Source: Pseudomonadota bacterium (GTDB lineage: Bacteria > Pseudomonadota > Alphaproteobacteria > Sphingomonadales > Sphingomonadaceae). Taken from it: a DNA stretch of 64,000 bases. The stretch is from assembly GCA_039822745.1 (NCBI GenBank), contig JBCBMN010000001.1, positions 300 through 64,299 of the forward strand, read 5' to 3'. Under the pieces are notes generated by a model. That model was not told where the DNA came from, did no database searches, and saw nothing but the letters and a program-made list of their open reading frames with translations. Of this stretch, positions 1 through 10,431 are shown piece after piece; the first letter of the stretch is position 1, and each line of letters opens with the position of its first letter. A program made the translations under genes and the position numbers.

Positions 1-305
1 CGGTCAGGCTTGGCCGGAGCAAAGCCAACGCCGCAATTGCCCATGACCACCGTGGTAACGCCATGCCAGCTTGAGGGAGCCATCTCCTGATCCCAGGTCG
101 CCTGGCCATCATAATGCGTGTGAATGTCAACAAAGCCGGGCGCGACCACTTTGCCGCTGGCGTCAATTTCACGGGTCGCATCGCCTTGAATGTCGCCGAC
201 CGCTGCAATCAGGCCATTCTTCACCGCCACATCAGCTTTGAAAGCCTGCTCGCCGGTGCCATCCACGACCGTCCCGCCCCGAATGATGAGGTCAAATTGC
301 GCCAT
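1..305 (-). CDS. N-acyl-D-amino-acid deacylase family amidohydrolase (5' part, runs off the window)
   Basis: Manual minus-strand translation: [18 protein letters not shown]...[42 protein letters not shown]. Not in the ORF track. Confidence 0.88.
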   Translation of the reverse strand, partial: MAQFDLIIRGGTVVDGTGEQAFKADVAVKNGLIAAVGDIQGDATREIDASGKVVAPGFVDIHTHYDGQATWDQEMAPSSWHGVTTVVMGNCGVGFAPAKPD

Positions 306-381
306 CTCTGCTCTCCCAAATTCGTTCTATTTAAGATGCTACCACAGGTCATCCGCTGCTGCTACGCCTCTCACCATGGTT

Positions 382-1284
382 ATGGAAGCAAGCGGCGCGC
401 CGAGCTGGACGCCTGACCCCGACAGCGGCATCACCGTTGATTTTGTAGAAGCTGGAAACCTGACTTTCGAAGTCGCGAAAGTGGGCGAGGGCGATCACCT
501 CGCACTCATGCTGCATGGCTTTCCCGAACTGCATTACTCGTGGCGCGCGCAGATGCCGCTGCTGGCCGAGATGGGATACCGCGTCTGGGCTCCCAACATG
601 CGCGGCTATGGCGGGACCTCGCGGCCTGAGGGAGTACGCGAATACGCGATGGACAAGCTTATCGGAGATGTCTCGGCGTTGATTGATACAAGCGGAGCCA
701 AGAAAGTGACTTTGTTTGCTCACGATTGGGGCGGCGTGATTGCCTGGTGCTTTGCAATCCTCGCCCCGCGCAAGCTGGAGCGCTTTGTGGTGATGAACCT
801 GCCGCATCCGCTTGCCTTTCGCCGTGAGCTTAAGAGCTGGCGGCAGCTCAGGAAGAGTTGGTATGTCTACTTCTTCCAGCTCCCCTGGCTCCCCGAATTT
901 CTGCTTGGCCGTAACGGAGCGAAGCGGATCGGAGACCTGATCGCCCAGACCAGTTGCAAGCCGGGCAATTTCGGCCCTGCAGAACGCGCCGTTTACAGCG
1001 CGGCGGCAGCGCGGCCCGGAGCGCTCACAGCCATGGTGAATTACTATCGGGCCGTCATGCGCCACTCCAAGACCGTGGACCTGAAAGACGGGCACGTCGA
1101 TACGCCCACGCTCATGATTTGGGGTGAACAGGATGTGGCGCTTGATGTGCGCGGCACCGAAGGCACGCAAGAATGGGTGCCTGACTTTACGCTTCACCGT
1201 CTGCCTGATGCCTCGCACTGGGTCCAGCAGGATGATCCAGAGGGCGTGAACGCGATATTGAAGGATTGGCTTCCCAAGGCGTGA
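382..1284 (+). CDS. Alpha/beta hydrolase, epoxide hydrolase-like
   Basis: Motifs HGFPE, HDWGG (Asp nucleophile), NYYRA and C-terminal SHWVQQD. Start taken at ATG 382 (376 is an alternative). Confidence 0.88.
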   Translation: MEASGAPSWTPDPDSGITVDFVEAGNLTFEVAKVGEGDHLALMLHGFPELHYSWRAQMPLLAEMGYRVWAPNMRGYGGTSRPEGVREYAMDKLIGDVSALIDTSGAKKVTLFAHDWGGVIAWCFAILAPRKLERFVVMNLPHPLAFRRELKSWRQLRKSWYVYFFQLPWLPEFLLGRNGAKRIGDLIAQTSCKPGNFGPAERAVYSAAAARPGALTAMVNYYRAVMRHSKTVDLKDGHVDTPTLMIWGEQDVALDVRGTEGTQEWVPDFTLHRLPDASHWVQQDDPEGVNAILKDWLPKA

Positions 1285-1315
1285 AGAGTAAATCGGCAGG
1301 CAAGAGGAGTCGATC

Positions 1316-2272
1316 ATGAAACACGCATTCCGGAAGTGTCTTTCTCTGGCATTGGCCTGCACTGTCCTGACCCTTGCAGGCGCCGCCCAGTCGCAGAGTG
1401 AGGGTGGTTACAGGCTTGATCCACAGGGCGATCTGTCCGCCATGCTCGATTGCTTTGAGGATGCGGGCAAGACGCTGATCTCGGCCCATCGCGGCGGGCC
1501 GTCTGCAGGCCTTCCGGAAAACGGTATAGAGACCATGGACGCGATGATGGCGGGCGTGCCGGCGATCATGGAGATCGACGTCGCGCGCAGTCCTGATGGC
1601 GTGCACTATCTGATGCATGACCGCACGCTTGACCGCACCACCAGTTGGGAAGGGCGGGTGGAAGACGTGCCATGGTCGATCCTTGGGAAAGAGGCGTTTC
1701 TCGTCGATTCAGCGGGTTGGATGACGCCTTACCGGGTGCCCACTCTGGAAGATGCGCTGTTATGGGCATCCAACAAGACAATCCTCCAGATCGATTTCAA
1801 ACGCAGTGCGAGCTTTGCTGAAGTGATTGACCTGATCCGCGAATGGAAGATGGAGGACCGCGTGATCCTGATCGCCTATTCGCAAGGTCAGGCGCTGAAG
1901 CTGCACGAACTCGCGCCGGAAATGCTGATTTCCTATTCGATCAGCAAGCCGGGTGATCTCGACGCGATTGTCGAAGCGGGCGTGCCTGCGGATCGCATTG
2001 TCGCCTTCACCGGCACGCGCACCGCCAGGCCTGATCTTTACACAGAGCTCGACGGGCAGGATGTCGAAGTGATCTTCGGCACGCTGGGCAATCCGGCGCG
2101 CTCCATTGATGGCGTAATCGAGCGTTTCGGAACGCCAGAGCGTTATGCGGAACTAAGCCAGGGCGGGGTCGACGTGCTTGCGACAGATCGCGGTCGTGCC
2201 GCTGCAAAGGCGCTCGCGGAAGCGGGGCGCCTGCCTGAAGCGGGTCAATGCGGGATCAGTCGCGGGCGTTAA
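1316..2272 (+). CDS. Glycerophosphodiester phosphodiesterase family protein, secreted
   Basis: Signal peptide; SAHRGG, PEN, EIDV and LMHDRTLDRTT motifs; GAGGAG RBS. Confidence 0.88.
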   Translation: MKHAFRKCLSLALACTVLTLAGAAQSQSEGGYRLDPQGDLSAMLDCFEDAGKTLISAHRGGPSAGLPENGIETMDAMMAGVPAIMEIDVARSPDGVHYLMHDRTLDRTTSWEGRVEDVPWSILGKEAFLVDSAGWMTPYRVPTLEDALLWASNKTILQIDFKRSASFAEVIDLIREWKMEDRVILIAYSQGQALKLHELAPEMLISYSISKPGDLDAIVEAGVPADRIVAFTGTRTARPDLYTELDGQDVEVIFGTLGNPARSIDGVIERFGTPERYAELSQGGVDVLATDRGRAAAKALAEAGRLPEAGQCGISRGR

Positions 2273-2283
2273 GGTCAAGCCGC

Positions 2284-3150
2284 TCAGGCAGCCTCTGCGT
2301 CGACATCCTCATCGTCAGGCTCATCATCCGGCGCATTGAGGAAGTCGCGGATTGCGGTCACGCTTTCCTCTCGGTGGCTCAGGAGGAACAGGTGTCCGCC
2401 GCCATGCAGAATTTTCAATTCCGCGTTGGGGATCAGGAAGTCGAGGAACTTGCCGTTGATCAGCGGCACAATCGCATCGTCATCCCCCATCATGATGAGC
2501 GTTTCCTTCTTGAGCAGAAACGGCAGAGCAGGCGCGCTGGTCCAGCCGAGCATGCACAGCAGTTGATACATGTATCCGCGCGGGGAGGGCGGCTTGAGGC
2601 GCGACATATGCCCTTTCTTGCCCGCCATCTTGCCCAGACCTTCGCCATAGAGCGTTTCGAAGTTCTTCAGCATGAACTCGGTGTCGATATAGCGACGTGG
2701 ATTGGCCATTTTTGACAGCGCCTTGGGACTGCCCGGCACCATCAGCATGCCAGCGCTGGTAGCGATCAGAATGACGCGGCGCGTGCGGTTCGGGTGTTGC
2801 ATTGCAAAGTGCTGCGCGATCCCGCCACCCCAGCTGATGCCCATCACATCGACCTGATCAACACCCAGCTTGGTAAGCAGTTCTGACGCCGCCCAACTGA
2901 TCGTGAAGGGATTGTACGGCACCAATGGATCAGGCGATTCGCCAATGCCGGGCATGTCGAACATGATAAAGGCGCGCTCGCTCATCTCCTCGCAGAACGG
3001 GGCGAGCGCTTCGATATTCGCGCCAATTCCGTTGAAGAAGAGGATCGGAGGATACTCGTTCGCGGAATCGAGCCGCCATGTCGCAACCCGTAGCGTCCGG
3101 CCGCCCACTTTCTCCATGGAGACGACCGCGTCTTTCATATCATCAGTCAA
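2284..3150 (-). CDS. phaZ: Intracellular poly(3-hydroxyalkanoate) depolymerase, Pseudomonas PhaZ-like
   Basis: FNGIGAN, FDMPGIG, lipase box GISWGG, MVPG..MANPRRY and GGHLFL; lies directly downstream of phaC. Confidence 0.85.
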   Translation of the reverse strand: MTDDMKDAVVSMEKVGGRTLRVATWRLDSANEYPPILFFNGIGANIEALAPFCEEMSERAFIMFDMPGIGESPDPLVPYNPFTISWAASELLTKLGVDQVDVMGISWGGGIAQHFAMQHPNRTRRVILIATSAGMLMVPGSPKALSKMANPRRYIDTEFMLKNFETLYGEGLGKMAGKKGHMSRLKPPSPRGYMYQLLCMLGWTSAPALPFLLKKETLIMMGDDDAIVPLINGKFLDFLIPNAELKILHGGGHLFLLSHREESVTAIRDFLNAPDDEPDDEDVDAEAA

Positions 3151-3272
3151 GCTTTTTCGTGTCCTTTACCCGTCATCAAGACTCATCCGAAATGCCACAG
3201 GAGCGCACGTCGATCCCTCGCGAGCGCTGCCTGTGGCATACCCCGGATCCCAACGGGGCAGGGCTGCGTGTA

Positions 3273-4970
3273 TCAGACTTCTTCGACGACGTAGAGTCCG
3301 GGTGCAGACTCTTGCGGAGCATATTGCTTGCTGCCCAATTCAGCGGGGGCAGCAATCGTCTTGCCCGCGCGCTTCTGGCACCATTCCGCCCAGAGCGGCC
3401 ACCAGCTGCCTTTGACCTCTTCGGTGCCCTGCAGCCACTCATCCGCGGTTGGCGGCAACTTGCCGCGCTTTTTCTGGACGAAATATTTCGCCTTGGGGTT
3501 GGTTGGCGGGTTGAGGATCGCCTGCATGTGACCCGACTGGCTCAACACGTATGTCACGTCCTTGGAGCCGAACAGCTGGGTTGAGCGATAGGTCGCCTTC
3601 CACGGCGTGATGTGATCCGTCACCCCGCCAAGGATGAACAGATCGGCGGTAACCTTGGTCAGATCGATCTTGTGATCGGCCATCTCCACTGTCCCCGGCG
3701 CTGAGAAAGCAAGCGTTTCATAAAGCGTGAGGAAGTCGCCCATCAGGCTGGATGACAAATTGGTCGCATCCGCGTTCCAGAACAGAACATCAAACGCGGG
3801 CGGGTCCATGCCAAGCAGGTAATTGTTGATCACATAATTCCAGATGAGATCATTGGGCCGCAGCCAGGCAAAGCCGCGCGCCAGATCATCTGCCTTGATG
3901 ATTCCCTGCTTGGCCGCGCGCTGACGCGCCAGTTGCAGCCCGTTTTCGCTCACCAGCGAACCCGCTTCGATATCGGTCGGCTTGGGGTGCAGCACGCAGA
4001 CCATCAGCGTGAGCGAGCCCAGAACATCATTCTTGGTCGCCGCCAGCTTCGAAGCCAGCACCGACGCGGTCTGCCCACCCGAACAGCCTGCCGAGACATT
4101 GACCTTTTTCGACCCGGAGATTTCCGAGACCACGTCGAGCGCCTCTTCGCAGCTCGCGATATAGTCATCCATGCCCCACACGCCCTGCTCTTTGGACGGG
4201 TTGCGCCACGAGATAACGAAGGTTTGGATGCCATTATCGACCTGCCACTTGATGATCGATTTCTCAGGCGAGAGATCGTTGATGTACATCTTGTTGATCT
4301 GCGGCGGGATGGTGAGCTGCGGGATCTCATAGACCTCATCCGTCGTCGGCGCGTACTGGATCAGTTCGTACATCTCGGTGCGGTGGACCACGTTACCCTT
4401 GGACGCGGCGACGTTTTCACCCAGCTTGAACGGGCGCTTGTCGACCTGACTGACCATGCCCTTGTTTTGCGTGATATCGCTGTAGGCGTTCTGCAGGCCC
4501 TTGATCAGGCTGAGCCCGCCCGAATTGATGATCTGCTTTTGCGCCATCGGGTTGCCAACCAAGGTGTTGGTCGGCGCGAGGCCATCAAGGATGATGTTGG
4601 CAATAAAGTTGGCTCGGTTACGCTCAAGCTCATCCAGCTCAAGGTCCTCAAGCCAGCTGCGCATCCCTTTTTGAACGGCGAGATAATACTGAGCCCCTGC
4701 GCGGAAGAACGGATTGTACTGCCAGGCCGGGTCCATAAAGCGTTTATCTTTTGGATGAGGCTTCAACTCGCTCTTGCCGGTCATGATCTTGACCATGTCT
4801 TCGGTCATCGTGCGAGCATGTTTGAACGCCCGGTTCGGATCAGAGGCCGTTTCTCTCAGCAATAAAGCAATCGCGGACACAAAGTCCTCACGCGCGACGC
4901 CGATAAGCGGCCCCAGAGCGTTGGTCGACTGGGCTGCCTCGTTTTCGAGTTGTACCGTTCCGTGTGCCAT
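3273..4970 (-). CDS. phaC: Class II poly(R)-hydroxyalkanoate synthase
   Basis: PPQINKMYINDLSPEKS, SWRNP, AGCSGG (catalytic Cys), WLRPNDLIWNY, DHITPW, SGHMQ and SWW; 565 aa. Confidence 0.92.
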   Translation of the reverse strand: MAHGTVQLENEAAQSTNALGPLIGVAREDFVSAIALLLRETASDPNRAFKHARTMTEDMVKIMTGKSELKPHPKDKRFMDPAWQYNPFFRAGAQYYLAVQKGMRSWLEDLELDELERNRANFIANIILDGLAPTNTLVGNPMAQKQIINSGGLSLIKGLQNAYSDITQNKGMVSQVDKRPFKLGENVAASKGNVVHRTEMYELIQYAPTTDEVYEIPQLTIPPQINKMYINDLSPEKSIIKWQVDNGIQTFVISWRNPSKEQGVWGMDDYIASCEEALDVVSEISGSKKVNVSAGCSGGQTASVLASKLAATKNDVLGSLTLMVCVLHPKPTDIEAGSLVSENGLQLARQRAAKQGIIKADDLARGFAWLRPNDLIWNYVINNYLLGMDPPAFDVLFWNADATNLSSSLMGDFLTLYETLAFSAPGTVEMADHKIDLTKVTADLFILGGVTDHITPWKATYRSTQLFGSKDVTYVLSQSGHMQAILNPPTNPKAKYFVQKKRGKLPPTADEWLQGTEEVKGSWWPLWAEWCQKRAGKTIAAPAELGSKQYAPQESAPGLYVVEEV

Positions 4971-5390
4971 TATTATCCCTTTCTCTCCACCACGTCGTCA
5001 ACGCGCATGTGCACTTTGAAGTTTCATCCCCGCGACGCATTCCAATGTTTACCCGAAGAGCCGCCTTCTAGCGTGCTCGCCCGATACAGAATCCGCCTTA
5101 TGTACATGACATGCATCGCAACACTGTTTCTTGCAAGAACGCAGCCCGTTTCGCGATAGTTCCTCGCATTAAGCCGGTTCTAGGGATTTCATCACTTCGT
5201 TGCCCAGCAGTTAACCGTTTTTCAAAGCGTTTCACGCCATTGCGAGCCCATGGCGAACCGCGCGATCCGTAATATTGCAAGTAATCGTGACATGCCTTCG
5301 CTCGGCGAGTCAGCCAAATCGCGCGCGCCTATTGGTAAAACCGGTGTCGGTGCGCCGATTTGTGAAGGTGCGCCAGACCATCGCGAAAGC

Positions 5391-8063
5391 ATGCCGCGCA
5401 AGAATACGAGGCCTGTGAAACCTCGCACCACGACAACGGTAGATGCAGACAAGCGCGGCTCGCGTGATCGACGTTCAACTGACCGCGGACGGCGCAATTC
5501 GAATAACGAAGCGGCGCAAAATGAAACGCCAAGGCTTGAGCATCACTTTTACTTGCCAGCCAACCAGAACGCCATGGCGCTGTTTCTACTGCTGGCATAC
5601 GTAATCGCCGCTGGTGTCGCCAGGAATGTCCCGCTGCTTATGCCGGCTGTGGCCAGTGGTGTTTCAATCGGCATCTTGCTTTGTGGTGGCATGCTTTCCA
5701 AGTTTGAGCGGCGTGCCGGAATGCCAACCTCTGCGCGGCAATTGCTGATGCTCGTTGGGATTATCGCGCCGATGGGTCTGGCGGGTTATGTCTTTGCCTC
5801 ATGGGTCCAAGCTGGCCTGGCGTGGCAATGGGCCGTTGCCTCGCTGGTCTGCATCAATGCGGCTTCAGCAGCGCTGTTTGGTTCGCGGATCATTTCGCTC
5901 TTCACTGCCAAGATTTCCATCTGGGCGGCCTTCGCGCTCCTGCAGCCGTCTCCGCTTACCGTATCTGCTGTGATCGGGGCTGCGCTTGCATTGATGCTGA
6001 TCGCGCGGTTCGAATGGAAAGCGGCTGAAAAACGTCGGCTGGCTTCGGAGGCGCGCGAGCGGGTTGCCGCGCGTGCTGAAGATATCCTGCGCTCGTTCGA
6101 GGAAACGGGGCAGGGCTGGTTCTGGGAGACTGACAGGCGCGGTCTGATCAATTACATTTCACCTTCGGCAGCAGTCGTCCTGGGCAGGACGGTCGATATG
6201 CTGCAGGGAGAACCTTTGACAACCATTGTCAATCCGCAGTCTGGGGCCGCGGATGCCGAGCGAACCCTCGGTTTTCACCTGTCGGCGCGCTCCTCCTTCC
6301 GCGATATTGAAGTCCGCGCGGCCAATCAAGATGACGAGGAGCGATATTGGTCGCTGACCGGACGCCCGGTCTATGATGATTTCAAGAACTTCTGCGGCTT
6401 TCGCGGCCATGGCACTGACCTTACAGAAAAGCGTCGGAGCGAGCAGGAGGTTTCCCGTCTGGCCCACTACGATTCTCTCACCGGGCTCGCCAATCGGGTG
6501 CAGATGAGCGAAGCGCTTGAGCAAATTCTCTCAGCCCCGCGCGACCGTGATCGGGCTTGTACGGTCCTGATGCTGGATCTCGATCGCTTCAAGCAGGTCA
6601 ACGATACGATGGGGCACCCGGCGGGTGATGCGCTGCTTAAGCAAGTGGCACAAAGACTTGAGCGGGTGCTGGATAACATCGGGCGTTGCGGGCGTCTGGG
6701 CGGCGATGAATTTCAGGTCATTATCCCAGGATATGGTGACCGGAATGCTCTTGCGCATATCTCAAAGGAAATCATCAACTCGCTTTCGCAACCCTATTCG
6801 ATTGACGGGCACAGCGTGGTGATCGGAGCCTCTGTCGGCGTTGCACTGGCCCCTGATGACGGCACTTCCAGCGAAGAACTCATCCGCAATGTCGACCTTG
6901 CGCTTTACGCTGCGAAGGATGCAGGACGGGGCGTGCACCGCTTCTATGCGAAGGACCTGCACTCTGCGGCAGAAGAGCGCGCTGAGCTTGAGCAGGATTT
7001 GCGTGAAGCGATCCAGACCGGGGGGCTGTGCCTTTACTACCAACCTGTCGTCTATGCCGCGAACGAGAAGATTGTTGGTTTCGAAGCTCTGATGCGCTGG
7101 AACCATCCCAAGCGCGGCTTTATCTCTCCGGGCAAATTCATCGCCATCGCAGAAGATGCGGGACTGATTGATCAAATGGGGCAATGGGCCTTGCGTACAG
7201 CGTGTGAGGACCTTGCCACCTGGCCAGAATCCATCCGTTGCGCCGTCAATGTATCTCCGCTGCAATTCTCCAATCCCGAATTGCCAACAATCGTCGCCAA
7301 CGCGCTCGCTCATGCCGGGGTTGATGCCTCGCGACTGGAGCTTGAGATTACGGAGAGTGTGTTCCTGAACGACAGTTCGGGGACCGATGCGATGTTCAAG
7401 GCCTTGAAGCGCGTCGGCGTGCGTTTGGCGCTCGACGATTTCGGCACCGGCTATTCCTCGCTTGGCTATCTCAAGAAAGCGCCTTTCGACAAGATCAAGA
7501 TTGACCAGAGCTTCGTGCGCGGCGCGACCGAAGACGGCAGCCGCAACGGGGCGATCATTGCTTCGATCACGTCGCTGGCAGAAGCCTTGAGCATGGATAC
7601 GACGGCAGAAGGCGTTGAAACACTGGATGAGCTGGAACTGGTGCGCCTTTTAGGCTGCAGCCATGTGCAGGGCTACATCTATCACAAGCCGCTTGATACC
7701 GAAGCGGCGACGAAGCTGGTTCAGGGAGACCTTGCCGCTGAAGCCGATGGTCCGCAGGCAGCCCGCAATCCGCGTCACGTTCTACTGCGGCGTGTGACGA
7801 TCATGCATTGCGACAACCGCTTAACTGCCAATATTCGCAACATCTCTGAAGGCGGTGCCATGATCGAAGGGCTGTGGAATATGCCCATTGGCAGCACGAT
7901 GCGGATCGAGTTTTCAGCCGAGAAATATGTCGATGCTCAGGTGCGCTGGTCGCGTGAAAACAGAGTGGGCGTGGAATTCCACGATCCTCTTCGTCGGCGT
8001 GCCGATGGAACCTTCTCGGTTCTTCGTGGTCGCCCCGATCAGATGGCGTTCTCTAGCACCTAG
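5391..8063 (+). CDS. Membrane-anchored PAS-GGDEF-EAL-PilZ c-di-GMP enzyme
   Basis: N-terminal TM helices, PAS (WFWETD), DLDRFKQVND, RLGGDEF, FEALMRW, DDFGTGYSS, EGVET and PilZ NISEGG. Start uncertain (5250-5574). Confidence 0.9.
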   Translation: MPRKNTRPVKPRTTTTVDADKRGSRDRRSTDRGRRNSNNEAAQNETPRLEHHFYLPANQNAMALFLLLAYVIAAGVARNVPLLMPAVASGVSIGILLCGGMLSKFERRAGMPTSARQLLMLVGIIAPMGLAGYVFASWVQAGLAWQWAVASLVCINAASAALFGSRIISLFTAKISIWAAFALLQPSPLTVSAVIGAALALMLIARFEWKAAEKRRLASEARERVAARAEDILRSFEETGQGWFWETDRRGLINYISPSAAVVLGRTVDMLQGEPLTTIVNPQSGAADAERTLGFHLSARSSFRDIEVRAANQDDEERYWSLTGRPVYDDFKNFCGFRGHGTDLTEKRRSEQEVSRLAHYDSLTGLANRVQMSEALEQILSAPRDRDRACTVLMLDLDRFKQVNDTMGHPAGDALLKQVAQRLERVLDNIGRCGRLGGDEFQVIIPGYGDRNALAHISKEIINSLSQPYSIDGHSVVIGASVGVALAPDDGTSSEELIRNVDLALYAAKDAGRGVHRFYAKDLHSAAEERAELEQDLREAIQTGGLCLYYQPVVYAANEKIVGFEALMRWNHPKRGFISPGKFIAIAEDAGLIDQMGQWALRTACEDLATWPESIRCAVNVSPLQFSNPELPTIVANALAHAGVDASRLELEITESVFLNDSSGTDAMFKALKRVGVRLALDDFGTGYSSLGYLKKAPFDKIKIDQSFVRGATEDGSRNGAIIASITSLAEALSMDTTAEGVETLDELELVRLLGCSHVQGYIYHKPLDTEAATKLVQGDLAAEADGPQAARNPRHVLLRRVTIMHCDNRLTANIRNISEGGAMIEGLWNMPIGSTMRIEFSAEKYVDAQVRWSRENRVGVEFHDPLRRRADGTFSVLRGRPDQMAFSST

Positions 8064-8241
8064 CAGATGGCCCGGTCTTCCGCTCTGAGTTGGGATTGGG
8101 AGCGGGCATTTGTGCTGCCTTTCCACGGTGGCAACCCGCGCGCTTTTACCACGCTTGTTAGCTCAATACTAACCACTCGGATTTACACCTCGGTAGGTGC
8201 TGCAAAGTGGCAGCGACTGTTCTCGGGAAGGATCGGGCAAA

Positions 8242-10431
8242 GTGCCGCTTAAGGGGCTTTTGTCATCATCAGGCGGAAAGTCCGCAAAGTGGCAGCGTCA
8301 GGCAGCCCGCACGGTTCTGTCTGATGCCGAAAAGATCGCCATGCTCGATGAGCTTGAGCAATCCGGACTTGGCTGGTTCTGGGCAAGCGATGAAGAAGGC
8401 GCGCTGACCTATCTGAGCCCGGCTATTGCTGAGCGTCTTGAAATCCCGCTCGAAAACTTGCTTGGAAAGCCGCTCGCCAGCCTGTTTGATCCGGCGGTCA
8501 ATGAACACAGCGCGAAGCCGCTTTCCCTGCTCCTGAACACGCATAAGGCCTTTGCCGGTCTTGCCGTCCACGCAGTCCGGCGACCAGAAGGGGCGGTGCT
8601 GCGTCTGGCGGGTCAGCCGGTCTTTGCCGACGACAGGTTCGCAGGTTTCCGAGGCACGGGAACTGACATCACCGAAGACTACCATCGCGAGAAGGAAACC
8701 GAGCGGTTGGCGCGGTTCGACTCGCTTACGGGTTTGTCCAACCGTCACCGTATGGCGCATCTGATCGAGACGACCCTGACAGCGTTCAAGTCAGCCAAGC
8801 GCAACTGCGCGGTCATGATGTTGGATCTCGATCGGTTCAAGCAAGTCAACGATACGCTCGGCCATGCGGCAGGCGATGAATTGCTGCGGCAGGTGAGCGG
8901 TCGGCTAAAACGTGCGATTGAACGGGATTGCGAGATTGGTCGTCTGGGGGGCGATGAGTTTCAGGTGATGCTGCCTGACATTGATGACCGCGGCGAGCTG
9001 GGCGAGATTGCTGCGAAGATCATCACCATGCTCAAGCAGCCCTATTCGCTGAAAGAAGGGCGGTGCGTGATTGGCGCTTCGGTCGGTATCGCGATTGCGC
9101 CGCATGACGGGGTGACGGGTGCGCAGATCGTTCGCTCTGCTGACCTTGCCCTGTACGCCGCCAAGAATGGCGGGCGCGGGCAGTATCGTTTCTACTCGGC
9201 TGACCTTGAGAACGAAGCCATCTTCCGCCGTCGCCTGAGCGAAAATCTGGGCGAAGCGGTGCGCGAGAAACAGCTTTTCCTGCGGTTTGAACCCATCGTC
9301 GATGCCAAGACCAAGACAGTCGGAGCGCTTGAAACCCATATTTGTTGGAAGCATCCAGAGCGCGGCTATATTGATGAAGACGAGTTCGCAGCCATCCTCG
9401 ATGGGTCTGATCAGGTCATCGAGGTGGGGCGCTGGGCTATTACGGAAGCGTGCAATCGCGCGGCCAAATGGCCTGAGACTGTCCGCGTCACGGTGAATGT
9501 TCCGGTCAAGCTGTTCAAGTCTCAGGACTTTGTCGATGATGTCGCCGAGGCGCTGCAAATTTCAGGCCTCCCGGCTAACCGGCTTGATCTCGAAATTGCC
9601 GAAACCTTGTTCTTTGGTGACACCGACGGGGCAGACCGCACCCTGAGTGCGTTGTTCAAACTCGGCGTGCGGCTCACACTCGATGAATTCGGTAGCGGCT
9701 TTTCCTCGCTCGCTTACCTGCGCCATGCACCCTTCGACACGATCAAGATCGATCCCAAACTGATTGCCGAGGCAGAGCGCGCCGACAGCCGTGAACTGGG
9801 TCTGATCAAGGCGATCGTTGCGCTTGCCGGAGCGCTTGAGATGAAAACGATCGCAACCGGGATCGACACTCCGGAACTGATGCGCGCGGTCGATGCTTGC
9901 GAAGTGGGCCTAGTCCAGGGCGTGATTTATGCAGAGCCGGTGGATGAGGACACAGTGGATACCGAACTGATCGGCGGTTCCTGGACGCTTCCTCCCAGTC
10001 AGAACCGAACCAAGCGCGCGCGTCGTCGCACCGTGTTCCGCAAGATTCAGGTCATCCACGATGACCACTCTTATGAAGTCACTCTGCGTAATCTGTCCAA
10101 GACGGGTGCGCTGATCGAAGGTCTCGCCGATGTCCCCAAGGGCACGCAATTCGTCGTCGATATGGGCGGGGGGCAGCTCGCCGTTGCGACTGTGATCCGC
10201 ACCAATGGTGATGTTCAGGGTCTTGAGTTCGAGACCCCGCTGATTGAGGACGGCTCGGGCGGCCTGTGCACTCGCAACCGTGTGAGCCCCTATGCGCTCG
10301 CCTCTGCCGGTGCCCCGCTCGAAGCTTTGTCTGCGGGCAATTACAAGGCGATGCAGGCTGGCAAGCTTGCCCATGCCGGCAGTGTCCCACTATTCGGCTA
10401 TTCCAACACCAGTCTGCGCGAAAACGCTTGA
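8242..10431 (+). CDS. Soluble PAS-GGDEF-EAL(degenerate)-PilZ protein
   Basis: RLGGDEF intact; EAL replaced by ETH, DDFGTG by DEFGSG, EGVE by TGID; PilZ RARRR and NLSKTG. GTG start follows GGAAGGA. Confidence 0.88.
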   Translation: MPLKGLLSSSGGKSAKWQRQAARTVLSDAEKIAMLDELEQSGLGWFWASDEEGALTYLSPAIAERLEIPLENLLGKPLASLFDPAVNEHSAKPLSLLLNTHKAFAGLAVHAVRRPEGAVLRLAGQPVFADDRFAGFRGTGTDITEDYHREKETERLARFDSLTGLSNRHRMAHLIETTLTAFKSAKRNCAVMMLDLDRFKQVNDTLGHAAGDELLRQVSGRLKRAIERDCEIGRLGGDEFQVMLPDIDDRGELGEIAAKIITMLKQPYSLKEGRCVIGASVGIAIAPHDGVTGAQIVRSADLALYAAKNGGRGQYRFYSADLENEAIFRRRLSENLGEAVREKQLFLRFEPIVDAKTKTVGALETHICWKHPERGYIDEDEFAAILDGSDQVIEVGRWAITEACNRAAKWPETVRVTVNVPVKLFKSQDFVDDVAEALQISGLPANRLDLEIAETLFFGDTDGADRTLSALFKLGVRLTLDEFGSGFSSLAYLRHAPFDTIKIDPKLIAEAERADSRELGLIKAIVALAGALEMKTIATGIDTPELMRAVDACEVGLVQGVIYAEPVDEDTVDTELIGGSWTLPPSQNRTKRARRRTVFRKIQVIHDDHSYEVTLRNLSKTGALIEGLADVPKGTQFVVDMGGGQLAVATVIRTNGDVQGLEFETPLIEDGSGGLCTRNRVSPYALASAGAPLEALSAGNYKAMQAGKLAHAGSVPLFGYSNTSLRENA

